Source: the human T2T-CHM13v2.0 reference genome, Homo sapiens. From it: a stretch of 64,000 bases of DNA. The notes below the pieces were generated by a model, which was not told the origin of the DNA, ran no database searches, and worked only from the letters and a program-made list of their open reading frames with translations. The stretch lies in NCBI RefSeq assembly GCF_009914755.1, contig NC_060928.1. The stretch is one strand, 5' to 3'. A program made the position numbers and the translations under genes. Of this stretch, positions 27,190 through 41,552 are shown in pieces; position 1 is the first letter of the stretch, and every line of letters starts with the position of its first letter.

Positions 27190-28810
27190 CGAGGAGAAAT
27201 GGGATGGAAGAAAGATGAATGCTGAGAGCTGGTCTCTGGGGCGCCACCGGGGACCCTGGTTTCGGGGGAAGAACTGGAGGTGCCCGTAGCTGCGGGGGGA
27301 CGGTGTGTGTGTAGGGGCGGGATGGGCCGTCCCAGGTGCGGCGGCCGAGGCGCGGGGGTCCCGGAGACGAGAAGGCTGGGCAAACTAACCCGGTGCCCAG
27401 AGGCCTCCCTGTCCGAAGGGGGTTGTGCTTCAGCTGCAGGGGGTCCTTCCCCTCCCCTTCCAACTCCTCACCCGGGCCGTAGAACTTGCTGCCTTTGGTC
27501 ACGTCGAAGACTTTCCCATTGACCGCGAGCAGGATGCGCGGGTTGCGGGAGCCGTCGTACTGGCGCAGCTGCTCCAAGCTGAAGTCCCGCTTCTTCATGC
27601 GAGGCAGAGAGGTGGCGGGGCTCTCCTCGCCCGCCCCGGCCCCGGCCCCCAGACCCCGCCGCCCCCAGCGCACCCACAGCCGGTAGGCCCCCAGCAGCAC
27701 CAGAGCCACCAGCGCCACGTTCAGCAGCATTTCCCCGCCCCCCGTCAGAAGCGCCAACGCCGCCGCCGCCCAGCCTCCCCCTTCCGCTGCCGCTCCCGCG
27801 TCGCCTGGACTCTCGCTGCCGCCGTCGTTGCTGCTCTCGCTGCCACTCCCCAGGGTGCCTAGCTTCACGTCCCCATCACCAGCCGCCATCACTGCCCGCC
27901 AGCGCCTTCCTCCTCCTCCCCGCCCCCTGCCCTCCCCAACCCCACGGCCGGCCCCGCCCATCTGGGGGCCTCTCAGCCAATAACGTGAGAAGAGGGGGCG
28001 GGGTCAGGCCGGCTCCTGATTGGGTGTTGACGGGGTAACGTTGTCTCGGATCTCCCGCCCCCTCCCTTCTTTCGCTGGCCGCGCACGCGTGCAACGCCCC
28101 GCCCACCTCGCCCCACACTTCCCTGCTCTCACTCCAAGCCTCCGCTAGGTTAAGTAGACGAGCCGGGCGGGTCTGAAGAAAAGATGCTACGACGGCCGCG
28201 CGGACGCTCATGGGCGGGGCGAGACCACAGCGCGTGCGCGGGCTCCTGAGCGCCACGCGCTCGCCTTTCGTTCGTAACCCCTGCGGGAGGCACGCCCCGC
28301 CCAGTCTCCAGGCTCTGCGCGTGCGCCCTGGAATCGCTTCCCTTCCTAGGCCTGCGTTCGCGTCCGCAAACTCCCGCCTCCTTGCGCTCCCCCCGCCCGG
28401 GAGCTTCACGTGCGCCTTGGCGGCCGCGGGGGCAGGTCCGGGCTGGACGCCTGGCGGAGGACGCGGGCAGGTGGCTTGTGGGAGGCTGGGGCATAGTTGA
28501 GCTGCAAGGCGCAAACCGATGAGGGGCGTCTGCTTTTCACCAGGGCGCCGTCGCTTTTGTCGGGAAACCGGCAGCGTAGGCGCGCAGACCGGGAAGCGGC
28601 AAGAAGATTTGGCCACGAGCTGGGGTCTTCCTGGAACGGAGAGAAAGCACGGAACCCGCACCGGGCTTCTCTGGCATCGGCAGTCTACGTGCTCCTCGCG
28701 CTGGCACCGAGCAGCCACTCCCCGCTGGGTTTGGCAAAGGCTGCTCTTGTAGAATTTTAAAGGATTTAGAGTCTCATTATTCCTTGAATCATAACTTCTG
28801 CGGCCGTAGG
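27190..28810. promoter_or_regulatory. PGRMC2: CpG island / TATA-less promoter of PGRMC2
   Basis: Dense CpG; GC boxes (~27995, ~28212), CCAAT boxes in both orientations (~27977, ~28019), NRF1-like GCGCGTGCGC (~28317), E-box CACGTG (~28407). Confidence 0.9.
27472..27889 (-). CDS. PGRMC2: PGRMC2 coding exon 1 (membrane-associated progesterone receptor component 2; TM helix and start of cyt b5-like domain)
   Basis: [20 protein letters not shown]...[15 protein letters not shown]...[39 protein letters not shown]; donor G|GTGAG at 27472/27471; strong Kozak GTGATGG; an in-frame upstream ATG lies at 27961. Confidence 0.97.
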
Positions 28811-29230
28811 GAAGTGGACAGGTTGAGGTGGTCTTTCTATTCGTCATTCACTCTTATTTGCAGGTTCTGTTTCATGTACTTGGACGTCTTTTAGCCTCTC
28901 ACACCTTGAAATTCTAGTGTGAAAAAGTGACCTCTGAAGTCTCACGCACTCAACTCGTTTGACGAACTCGTTTGACGTGTTCTCTCTTGCCCTTTGTTGT
29001 CTGTTGTCTTGAGTCTCATAGAATAGGTTTGAACCTTTCACTGTCGGTTTTGTAGGAGTCACTGAGGATATTGACGAGGCAAGTGACAGGGTCGACACTC
29101 TTGTAGAGAGGCTGTATAGCAACCAGGTGTCTGAAGGATTAGAGGCTGGGGAAAGAGTGGGAAAGCAGTTAGTAGGCTAGGGTATTTGTGCGTGAGGTGA
29201 GGAGACTCAGAGCTAGGGGAGACATTAGAG

Positions 29231-29506
29231 CAGGGGTTGGCAAACATTTTTTGTAAAGGGCCCGATCATATTTTAAGTCTCTGCCTTAACTACTCAGCTC
29301 TACCTTGTAACGAGAAAGCAGCCATAGACAATACTTGAATGAGTGTAGCTGTCTTCAGTAAAACTATGGACATTGAATTTTTAATATAATTTCAGGTATG
29401 AAATATTCTTTTGATTTTTAAGAAAATCATTGAAATATGTAAATTTTTTTTTTTTTAGTTCTGGAGAGGTGCAAAAACAACTTATAAGCCATATTGCTGA
29501 GCCCTG
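29231..29506. mobile_element. MER58B-like hAT-Charlie element
   Basis: Termini CAGGGGTTGGCAAAC / GCTGAGCCCTG with a perfect 8-bp TSD CATTAGAG (29223-29230, 29507-29514). Confidence 0.88.
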
Positions 29507-29829
29507 CATTAGAGGTACCTGAGGGAGAGCGACACAATTGGTAGTAAATGACCATATACTCTATCCTTCAATATGGAACACTTTTGGAAGTAAAGTAGGG
29601 CATTAATAATTATAGCCAGAGACCAGGAGTTATATCAGTTTTATCCCAGGCAAACCTAAAGGAATAGTCACCTTAAGGTTAAGGGTTAGGAGAAGTCAAA
29701 ATTGCTTTAGGACTTGGTAACAGAAAATGGGAGGTGCCAGTGATGGAAATAGGAAGATAAAGAAGAAACTGGTTTTGAGGAGAAGATAGCTGTAGCAGTC
29801 CCAAGAGCTGTATACAGTTGAGACAACAT

Positions 29830-30130
29830 TGATAGGAAGGAAGAAAGCACCCCAGAAGCAGGCCACTCCTTATATCTTATTGACCAGAACTGGGCTATTA
29901 GCTGTCCCTAAAGCAGTAACAGACAAGGAGCATGGGACATCCATGATTGCCTAGTGTTTATCTGGCTTTTTTAATTCTTATTCAGGACTGTGTTGAGCAT
30001 TGCTGGACATTTACCATCTCTGGTTCCTTCCAGCTAAATGTCAGTACCACACCTCAGGCATTGTGACACCGTAAATCAACCGTTTTTCCCTCCCACCCCC
30101 CAGAGGTGTGGTACTGGTTGAGAACCAGTA
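29830..30130. mobile_element. MLT1-like MaLR fragment with adjoining MER20-like hAT fragment
   Basis: TTATTGACCAGAACTGGG MLT motif, then ...TTGTGACA...GGTTGAGAACCAGT terminus. Confidence 0.5.
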
Positions 30131-31259
30131 GCTTAGACCCTCAGGATTTACCTTGGGGCTGAATTAGTGTGTGTAGGTTTCTTTTCCAGTTGGTTTGGAG
30201 GGAAGAGAGGAATTGGACAGTATTAAAGTTCTGCTGTCAAGGAAGTGGGCTGGGGAATGTTGGGTAGCTAACCAACATTGGCTGCCACGTGAAGTAAAAA
30301 AGTTTTCCTTTATATCCTTGATAAAATAGTGTCTCGACTTCTTCACACTTGAAGCCTTCCCAAAACCCCAGCTTTTTTGATTCTCATTGTAAGCCCCTTG
30401 AACTGGACTAGTTGGAAGTTCTTATTTTCCACCCTAAGTAACAAGCTCTTGTCCCAATAGGATACTCTTGCTTTGAGTACTGCAATAACTTTCCAATTGG
30501 TGACTTGCCGTCAGTCTTTTCCTATTTCATTCCTACACGAAGAGACTAGAACTGTGTTCTGATTTCCTTTGCTCAGACACCAATCTCCAGGGGTGCTCTG
30601 TAATTTGAAGAGGACAACTCAGAAAGCACTCAAGGGCCTCCATAAGTCCCTGAGTGGCTTCCCTGCCTTCCCGTTCCCCAGCAAACAATCCCTTGGATAC
30701 CCTCTATTAAATGATACGTTTCCCCTTACAATACCTAGTCCCTTGCCCCATATATGCTATGTGTATTGCACAGTCTAGGACTTGACTCATGCTGTTTCCT
30801 CACGGAGCATGCCCTTCTTATTTCTAACCATACAAATTCCATGACCTATCCATTCTTTCAATTCTACTTCCACCTGAGGCCTCTATCAGCCCACATTAAC
30901 CTACCTTCTTTGAATTTCTGTGTGTTCCTTACCTGTACCACCCATTTTGGCCTTTTATTTTATGCTCTTCTTGACTATTCTGTTATTGAAACTGTCCTTT
31001 AGATCCCAAGATTTCTACTTTTTCCCTGCGGATGCTTTTTTATTTTTTTTATTTTTGACTTCTTTCTACCCTCCTTTTCCTCTTACATCCCTGCTTTGCC
31101 TAGAGGACATCTACAAGAATCGTCATGTACATTCTTTTCTCCTGTTGTTAGCTTTTTTCCCCTGACACTTCATCTATTTACTGATTTACTTGTAAATCTC
31201 TGGAAGATATTAGTACTAGCCACCAAATATTTCTATTTCTTTTTCCACACACGTAGATT

Positions 31260-32170
31260 TGGATTTCCCTACTCCTTTTACCTCAAGAATGGCCAATGAA
31301 ATGTGATTGGAAGTGACTTGTGTCATTTCCAAATAAAAGCTTTAAGAGCCTGTGGACATTTATCCTGCGCTGTTTCTTCCTGCCAACAGTGATGAAATAT
31401 TTTAATTATCTATTGTCCCATGACAAAGCACCTTAAATCTTAATGGTTTAAAACAGTCACCATTTTATTATGTGTAACAGTTTTGTGGGTTGACTAGGCT
31501 CATGGGCAGTTGTCTAATCTTGCTCAGGGTCTCTCATGTGGTTCCAGCCTGGTATTGTTTGGGGCTGGAGTTTTTGGAGGCTCAACTAGGTTGCTAGAGT
31601 AGCTGAGCTTTTCTATTTACCCATGCCGTTCCAAAGACTCTCTGATTCACATGGCTTCTTCAGCAGAGTAGCCTGACTTCTTTCTTGCATGGTGGCTTAG
31701 GATTCTCAAATGCAATAAAAGCAAAAACTTCGAGGTTTTGTAAGTCTTAGGTCTGGAAATGACATGTTGTATTGGTAAAAGCAGTTACAGGGCCAGCTCA
31801 ATTTTAAGGGGAGAGGAAATAAACACTTGATAGGGGTGGAGGGAGAGTGACAAAGAATTTGTGGCCATCTTTATTACAAAAATTTTTGTCAACCACAGAG
31901 TTACAGGAAAATGTGGCCATCTTTAATCACTACTCCAACGATGTTTCAAATTGAGTGGGCTTCCATCAGCCAGGGTCTCGGAGACAGGACAAAGTGGAAA
32001 ACAGCTCCCAAATAACATACCTAGGTATATGAATAAGAAATACATCTCTGCTGTCCTGAGTCACTTAGCTATTTGGAGTTGTTTGGTATCAACTTTTGCA
32101 TACTAATATAAAAATTGGTACTGGAAATAGGGTGGTGCTATAACAAAAATCTAAAATATGAGTCACTGAC
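31260..32170. mobile_element. Nested MaLR LTRs: MLT1 (+) with start of internal sequence, interrupted by an opposite-orientation MLT1 (~31400-31880)
   Basis: GGCCAATGAAATGTG..GAAGTGAC motif; ACTAATATA followed by TTGGTACTGGAAATAGGGTGGTGCTATAACAAAAATCTAAAA (MaLR-int start). Confidence 0.55.
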
Positions 32171-33222
32171 ATATATAATAATTGAGTTAGAAATACTAGT
32201 GGTTGGTTGTTAGGCAGCATCCAGCTTTGACTCACTTATGCATTTCCCAGTGAACCTAGCTCAGAAGTTTGCACCATGATATTCAATAAATAATTCTTAA
32301 ATAAGAGAGATTGTTTCTTGTAATTTTTCCCTATTTTAGGGAAAAACTTTTTTTTTTTTTCCATATCACATTTTTCTTGAAACATTGGAGTGCCACGAAC
32401 ATATCATTTGATGCTCTGTTTGAGTGCCACCAGTGAGTTTCCCGATGTTTAAGTTTGGCTCGTGGGCAGCCCACCTTCTTCCTCTCCACTTTCTCTTGGG
32501 AGCCATCCTGCTCATGGAAAGTGTGCTTTCTCCTCTGCTACCTCACACAAGTTTCAAAGGAGCTTGCTCCTGCCAGGGGAGGCTTGGGGTAAGCCAAACA
32601 GCATCAGCTCCCCGGGGGAAGGGAAATTTCAGGTTTGGAGCTAAGTTCACTTCCAGGGAGTGACAAAGCCTGTTTGAACTTTAATTCACAGAGTAAAAGA
32701 GTTCAATGTTGGCCATTAATGATTTGGACTTTAACATGAAGTTGGTACTGATTACTTTGGGCCATAATTTAGAAGGACAGAGTGATTTAATCTCTGAACT
32801 TTTAATTTCTCTCTGGAAAATTAATACTGGGAGAGGGTTAAAATCAAATTGAGAACATCTTGTTGGTTCTTAGTTATTAAAGTATTTGATCACATTTTAG
32901 AAATTCTGATAACTTTGGGCAAGCTGACAGGACATAGTTTGAGATGGCGATAGAACATATTGTGAATTACAGCCTTGGATACAGAATAGCATTGGAACTG
33001 ATTTAATCGATAAATTGTTCTGACCCATTCAGGGCATTTTGGGGACAGACTCTACAGTTTACTAGTGGCCCCAGGACATCCTGCAAAAGAGGTGAAATCA
33101 GTATTGGAGAAGTGGTCTCATGAAGATGGGAGCACGACTACTACAATTGACTGCTGACTTCTCACCCAAGGAAGTAACTGTATCCCAGCCTAATCTCAGT
33201 GGATAAGCCCACAGGGTTAAGG

Positions 33223-34640
<1,418 letters not shown>

Positions 34641-36863
34641 GGAACCTGACTGTGAGTTTGTTATCTGGATGAAGTAGGGTACAACCTCCTTTAGTATTTT
34701 TGTTTGCTCTCTCACCCGCGTTCTTTGACATCATCAGGAAATGGAAGAGGAAATGGCATTGGACAAAAATTAGCACAGCACCCGCCCTTGTCCCAGTGTA
34801 TGTATACTCAGAACACCTCAACATAGACCAAAATACCCAATTTCTAGCACCAGGCTCTTCTCTTAACTGAAATATATATAAGGAAAGCCAGGAAATCCTC
34901 ATGTAGGTTTCTTATACCCTGATTAAATCAAATTTTGATTTCAAGACAGTATTTGGAATTGTTCCTTTGTATGATGCCTTAGAGGTTTTTTTGCACACCA
35001 GAGCAATTTGCTATAGAAGGATCTGGGATGGATAAGAAGATGCCTGTCTTTTATAAGCGGGAAAAGAATGATTTTTTTTTTTTTTTTTTACTTGTCACTG
35101 ACTTGAAGCTTAAAGAATGATTTTTAAAAGGAGTTGTAAAAATAGAATTGATGTGACATCTCAACCTCAGTCATATTTCAGGCAGCTCAATTTTGGGAAA
35201 GAATAGGTGAAAGTTGAATAAATGGAATAGATTTCCTTAAAATTTCCTATGTCTGTATTCTCCTTAGAAAGTACCCATGGAATCACAGGGTAGACTTATG
35301 CCAGAGTGAAGACTACTAAATTAAGAGAATAAAATTGAGTGGGGAATGTGATGTAGTTACAGGGGGTGCTGTTAACACTCCTGGCCTCTTGGGTCACCCC
35401 TTCCTCTTCTCCATGAAGTAAGATACCTGATGGTGAGAAACTGTGAGAAACCTTGGCCTCTTTGGCCAGTCTTACTCTTGGGGCCAGGCTTCTCTCAGGA
35501 ATCATGCCTTCTGGCCTATTTCTTTGGGCTGCAGATTTTACAGGGATAGGCCTGTGGAGTGAGGGGAGGGGAGGATTGCAGTTGCCCTGCACTACCGGTT
35601 AGCACCTCAGTGTAAGCCTGCCTCATCCTACAGTTTGGTGTTGGGAGGCCCATTGTTGCCATGCAATCTCCAGCATCAGCTTTATCAGTAGCCGTGGTAG
35701 TTTTTGGCTGTCTACTCTTTTGTGTTAGACTGAATTATTTACAGATCTGTGAAACATATACAAAATATTGACAAGCTGTACTTCGTTTTGATACTGAGTG
35801 AAAGTTCTCCAGTAGAACAACTGACTTTTAGCAGCATGCAGGTGCAGAAATTTCTGATGAGAAGAACCAAAAGATCATAACTTTGATTCTTTATTTTCTC
35901 TCCTCTCCAGTATCCAATGCAGTCTCTCAGGTGGTTTATACCTTGGTGGGAAAGAGGAGTGTGGTTTACTCCCAAGCCCTAAATACTCTCAGTTCTTAAC
36001 AGTACTGTGCATATTAATACAATAAGTACTGTGAATTTTCCTAAGGTCACTTTGGCTATGAGGATATGTTCAATCCTGCTTTTTCCCTTTAATAATATTT
36101 TATATACATTTCATAGATTTGTACATAGTAATTATATTTTCAAAATGTTGTTTTGTAAGAGTCTGTTACTGGGACATATATATAAAGCATCAAAAGAGTT
36201 AGGTTCAGGAGAAAGAAAATTGCTCTACAGCCTTAAACAGTTAGTTCTTTGAGATTCACTATTGCCGGAGTTTCACAGAAGATGAATGAATACATTAAGG
36301 TTTGACTCTAAGGAAGTCAGCTTGCCATTCTGTTTCTTCCTGTGCTGTAAGCAGCCTGGCTTGCTAAGCCTTGGTTTTAACATTCATAAAACTATGATAT
36401 GAAACACGGCCATCATATGAGAAAATAAGACTAAAAAGCAAAATAAAGACGTGATTACTGTAATAGAAGCTATGTGCCTATAGATCTCTAATATAGAAAT
36501 GGTGCTTTTTAAAGGGGGTACAAATCGATGTTGTTTTATAAGTACTTGGGTCTTTAGAAAATGCAATCTGCTTTTCAGATTGCAAAAAACAAACAAACAA
36601 AAAAACCCCTCAGAAGCTAAGAGCCTTAGTTTAATGCAAAATAAACTGTTTTTGACTCCTCTATAATAAATTGGCACACATAATTCGAGTATTGTCATGC
36701 AGAAGCAGAAATTTTGACTAGCTTTACATTGTTATGGTTGCTGAATGAAAGATCTGCAGTAGAACAACTGACTTTTAGCAGCATGCAGGTGTAGAAATTT
36801 CTGATGAGAGAACCAAGAGATCAAAACTTTGATTCTTCTTTTTCTCTTCTTTCCAGTATCCAA

Positions 36864-37658
36864 CTGTCAAGTTCCACTGGCCTTCCAATATATTGTCCCA
36901 AATCTGACTGACCACCTTCCATGTTTATAGCTACTATCCTAGTGCACGCCATCAGCAGCTATCATCTGAACCATGACAACAGCTTCTTGACTGGCGTCTT
37001 GGTTTCCACTCTTGCCTTCCCAGAGTTCATTCTCTGTTATTAGCCATTTAACAATATAAATCAGACCTACCACTTCCCTTCCTATACTTCACTAATGTCT
37101 TTGCCTTGCAATTAGAATAAAATCCAAACTCTTTATCATGGCCTATATGACCTATTCTATACCTTCCCTTTGATTGCTCTCAAATCGCCTTCCTTGCTCA
37201 TTATGATCCAGTCATATTGATTTTCTGTCTTTGCTTGAATACTCCAACCTCATTCCTAACTTAGAGATTTTGCATTTGATCTTCCTCTGGGTCTGGAATT
37301 CTCTACCCCATTTCTCATGGCTGACTTGTTCTCATCACTGAAGTCTCAGCTCAAATATTCTCTCCTCTGAGAAGCCTTATCCTGACCACCTGTCTAAAGA
37401 GCTCTCACATCCTCTCCCCCAACTTTAATCATTCTCTATCCTGCTTAATTTTCTTCATAGCATTTAGCACTACCTGAAATTATCTTATTTTTTACATGTT
37501 TATTATCTGTCTGTCTGTTAGCCCCTAGTAGAATGTGGAATGTGATTTCACGGTGGTAGAGCTTTTACTGTCTTGTTTCCTGCTCTATCCTCAAAGCTTA
37601 GAACAAAGGTTGGCATTTGGTGGGGATTACTAAATATTTGCTGAATAAATGAATAAAT
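36864..37658 (+). mobile_element. L2 3' fragment
   Basis: AGAATAAAATCCAAACTC, TCTCAGCTCAAATA, TTCTTCATAGCATTTA motifs and a TTGCTGAATAAATGAATAAAT terminus. Confidence 0.8.
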
Positions 37659-40600
37659 CAAGGCCCTGATGTACCCAGAAAAGGCCTTTCAAGGGGCTTT
37701 GATCATACTAATTTTTCATGGTTCAGAGTTGTGGCCTTTCATTTTGAATGCTAAGAAATCTGCTTTTGCCAGCACATGGAAATTTTTTTTCTCCAGGAAA
37801 GAACTTTCATGAACTGAGTTGCAAGAGTGACATATAAAATCCCTAAGCCAATTTATTAGTTTCTGGTGAGCAGTATAACTGTCACATGGACTCAGAGTTG
37901 CACCAACATGATGTGTTGAAAAATCTCTGCCTATGGGCTGACATATAAAGGATAGTGAATTGAATCAGAAAGCTTTTTGAAAAACATTGAATACTAGAAA
38001 GGGAAATTAGTTAGATGGCTCATATATTTAAAAGCATTCATTTATTTCACAAATATTTCAAGATCTCTATCTTTTGTGTGGTGTGCTAGGTATTGAGGAG
38101 TCAACAGGGAATCATATCAAGTACCAGTCCTTAAAGATTTGCAGTCTAGTTGGGGAGGCTAACAATAAGCTGACAATTATAAATCAATGTCAAAATATTT
38201 TTTTAGGATAATCTTAGGGTAATATGGGAGGATTTAGATGGGAAACTGAGCCTTAGGGAATTGAGGTGAACTCTGAGGAGTTAGTGCAGCATGAGGAGAA
38301 AGAGCACTGTGTGCAGAAGCTGTGACCTGAACCAAGGTGTGGACCCGGAGAGGGCAGAGTTTTCTAAGAAACACAGGTAGCTGAGTGCGGCGGTAGTGAA
38401 GAGCTGTAGGGTGAGGTGAGAAGGCTGCAGATAAGGCTCATGGACTTAGGCTTGGACTTTATCCCTACATAGAGTAAAGAGGAGCCACTGAAAGTTTTGT
38501 TTCAGTGGGGAGGTAGAATCTATTTTTTAGGTTGCCGGAGCACAGCTGATATTTTGCATTCCTTTCTTCCTAAGAACTTTCCATGAATATCTGGCTAAAG
38601 TCTACACTCCCTCCCTTGAACACATGACCCTTCCTTTATATGTACTCTCCAGCCTTATATCCTACTGCTTTGCAGCACATGATCTGTGCTCCAGACACAC
38701 CAAACTTCCTGGTTTCCAGATTCACTCCCGTCTTTAATTATGCCTTTGTATCCCCTGCACTTGTGAAGCATGCTCGTCTACCCCACTTCCAAAAAATGTT
38801 ACTGAATCATTTTTCCAAATGACGGAAGTAAGACATGTTCTTTGTAACAAGCCAAAGGACAGAGAGATGTGGAAAGAAAAAATTAAAACTTTCTCCTTTC
38901 CTCTCACCACCACCACCACCACCACCACCATACCCATACACACAGAGTCCACTGTATAAAACAGTTTTTTTTTAACTTAAATAGATTCATGCTATTCATT
39001 TTGTGCAGTCTCTCCGTCTCCCAACAGAATCTCATGGACATCACTCTAGCACCTGCTGGGTGCCAGGCCCTGTGCCTCACCTCATTTACCCTACAACTAC
39101 CATGGCACTATTGTCCCCAGTGGGTAGACAAGGAACTGACATGTGATTAATTTGCCCAAAGTTGCACAGCTAGTGATTGTGGGAGCAGCAGCTGGAACTT
39201 GGGCAATCTGGCTTTTGAGTCCAAAGTGCTACCACTGCCTTTTACTGTCTCCCAAATTAATGCTATTTTTGTTCTTTTTAATAACTTTACAATATTCGTA
39301 TGGATGTCTGGAATATATTCAATTATTTCTCTTGTTGATGAATGTTGAGGTTATTTTTTGCCACTGCACTTCTCCAAGGAGGGACTTGAGATCAAAGAAC
39401 ATACTATTTTTATTAAGCATGGCCAAATTATATTCCAAGGATTATATAGCCCAAGCAACATAGAGGCATATCTGTTTCCTTATATTCCTGCCAGTCCTGG
39501 GTGATGCTGATATTTTTAGTTTTTTAGTTTGTTCGTTTGTTTTTTTACCCCTGGCTGTGTGATCAGTAAAAACAATACATCTTTATTTTGATTTGCATGT
39601 TTTCTGACTACAGGTGAGATTGTGAATTTTTCTGCATGTTTTTGGGATGTTTGCATTTCCTGTTTCATGATTTGTCCATGAATTTCCTCTCCTGTCTATT
39701 TTTTCTGTTGGGTTGTTTGTCCTTGATCATTTTTGGTGGAGGGTATGGTATATGTGTATGTGGAGGGATGTTTATAATATAATAAATAATTTTAACCCTT
39801 TTTCTCACATAGGTTCAAATACTTTCTCCTTGTCTATATTCATTCACCTTTTGAATTTGCTATGGGATCTTTTACCTTATAGAAGTGTTTACTTTTTATG
39901 TGGTCAAATCTGTTAGTCTTTTCCTTTTGGCTTTCCTGGAATTCACAGGTTTTAGGCATTTCTGTTCATTAAGGATTGGGACACTTGGCCAAGGCTCTCC
40001 CTGGAGGTGCTTGATGGGCTTTGAAAACTTTTGTCTCAGACTCTTTTACCTTTGTTTCTACTTCCCAGTCTCCTTCTGAGAGATCTGTTCTTTCTTGGAA
40101 TTTGTTATTACATTCAACTAGACTAAAGCAAAGTATGTCTGGGCTGGGAATCATTTGTCATTGTAAAAGTGTGTTTGCATGTCTTTTCTCTGATTCACTA
40201 TGTTTTAATTTTCTGTTTCTCTCTCCTTGTTTTAAGGAGTAATCATCATGCTCCATTTCGTTTTTGAGCCATCTTCAGCCTTTGAGTCCTTAAGCTTTTT
40301 GGAGACAGTTTGTGGAGAAGGTATGCCCTTGATACAAGGCCTATGGATAGTGATGACGATTGGTTTTGAGGCTGTGGATTTGAGAATGAGTTAGTCTCTG
40401 TCTTTGATTATAACTGTATAATCCTGGGAAGTTGTAATAGGTCTCCAGGCCCTTTTCCATAAAATAATAATACTGCTCTGAAGCTACTTTTTGACAGTGC
40501 AGGAGAGGACTCTAACCGTTAATTTAAATGTTTCGTCCTTGTTGGTCGCATTTCAAGAATATTTTAATTTCAAGACTTGTGCTTACGCCTTCACAAATTA

Positions 40601-40861
40601 CCTTGGTGTACCCCTCTTTTCATTCACTGTTAGCCCATGAAAGAAGGATAAAATTTGTTTGCCTTAATGACTGGTGTCTTTTATAGAGTCTCTAGAATGA
40701 ACTGCCTATTTCACTGTTGAGAAGAGAAACATTTAAACTCTTCGTGGAAGTTAAATTTGGGGTCATTTTACACAAACCATGGCTTTGGTCCAAGGAACTG
40801 AGATAGATCATGTGAGTTGGGAGTGGACAAGGGAAAGAGTCTGGCCTGCATTGTGGTAGAT

Positions 40862-41552
40862 TTTTAAAAATTTAAATCTTTATGTTTAATTGAGAAATAA
40901 TAATTGTATATATTTATGGGGCACAATGTGATGTTTCGATATATGTATGCATTATGGAATGATTATACCAGGTGAGTTAACATATCCATAACCTCACATA
41001 CTTACCATTATTTTCTATTGAGAACATTTAAAATATATTCTTTTGACAAATTTGATATATAAAATACAGTGCTATAACTATGATTAATAATACATAATAA
41101 TAATGCTACTGTATGATAAATTTCAAAAAATTATTCCTCCGTCTAACCAGTCTAACTTTGTATATCCTTTGACCAACATCTCCTCAGCCACTCCCTAGAC
41201 TCCCAGCCTCTGGTAACCACCATTCTCTACTTTTATAAGTTCAACTTTTTTATATTCCACATGCAAGTAAGATTATTCAGTATTTGTCTTTCTATGCCTG
41301 GCTTATTTCACCTAGCATATTTTCTTTTGGATATGTCCACTTTCTTTTGTCCATTGGTGGACACTTAGGTTGATTTCATAACTTGGCTATTGTGAACACT
41401 GCAGCAATGAACACGGGAGTGCAGATATCTCTTTGACATACTGATTTCAATTCTTGTGGATATATGCCTAGAAGTGGGATTGCTGGATCATATGGTAATT
41501 TTATATTTAGTTTTTTGAGGAACCTCCATATTGTTTTCCGTAGTGACTTTAC
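40862..41552 (-). mobile_element. L1MA-type 3' end
   Basis: ATAATTGTATATATTTATGGGG...CCTCTGGTAACCACCATTCT...AGTGGGATTGCTGGATCATATGGT. Confidence 0.85.

Noticed and set aside
27104-27471. C-terminal 122 codons of the 285-aa ORF as a distinct PGRMC2 protein
   Set aside because: Read-through past a canonical GTGAG donor into GC-rich intron 1; splicing to exons 2-3 gives the proper domain.
27876-28847. 323-aa minus-strand ORF and other overlapping CpG-island ORFs
   Set aside because: Stop-poor GC-rich sequence, R/P/G/A-biased, no recognisable domain.
35854-35860. TGATGA motifs suggesting box C/D snoRNAs (also ~11191)
   Set aside because: No suitably placed box D with a terminal stem; the motif is expected by chance.
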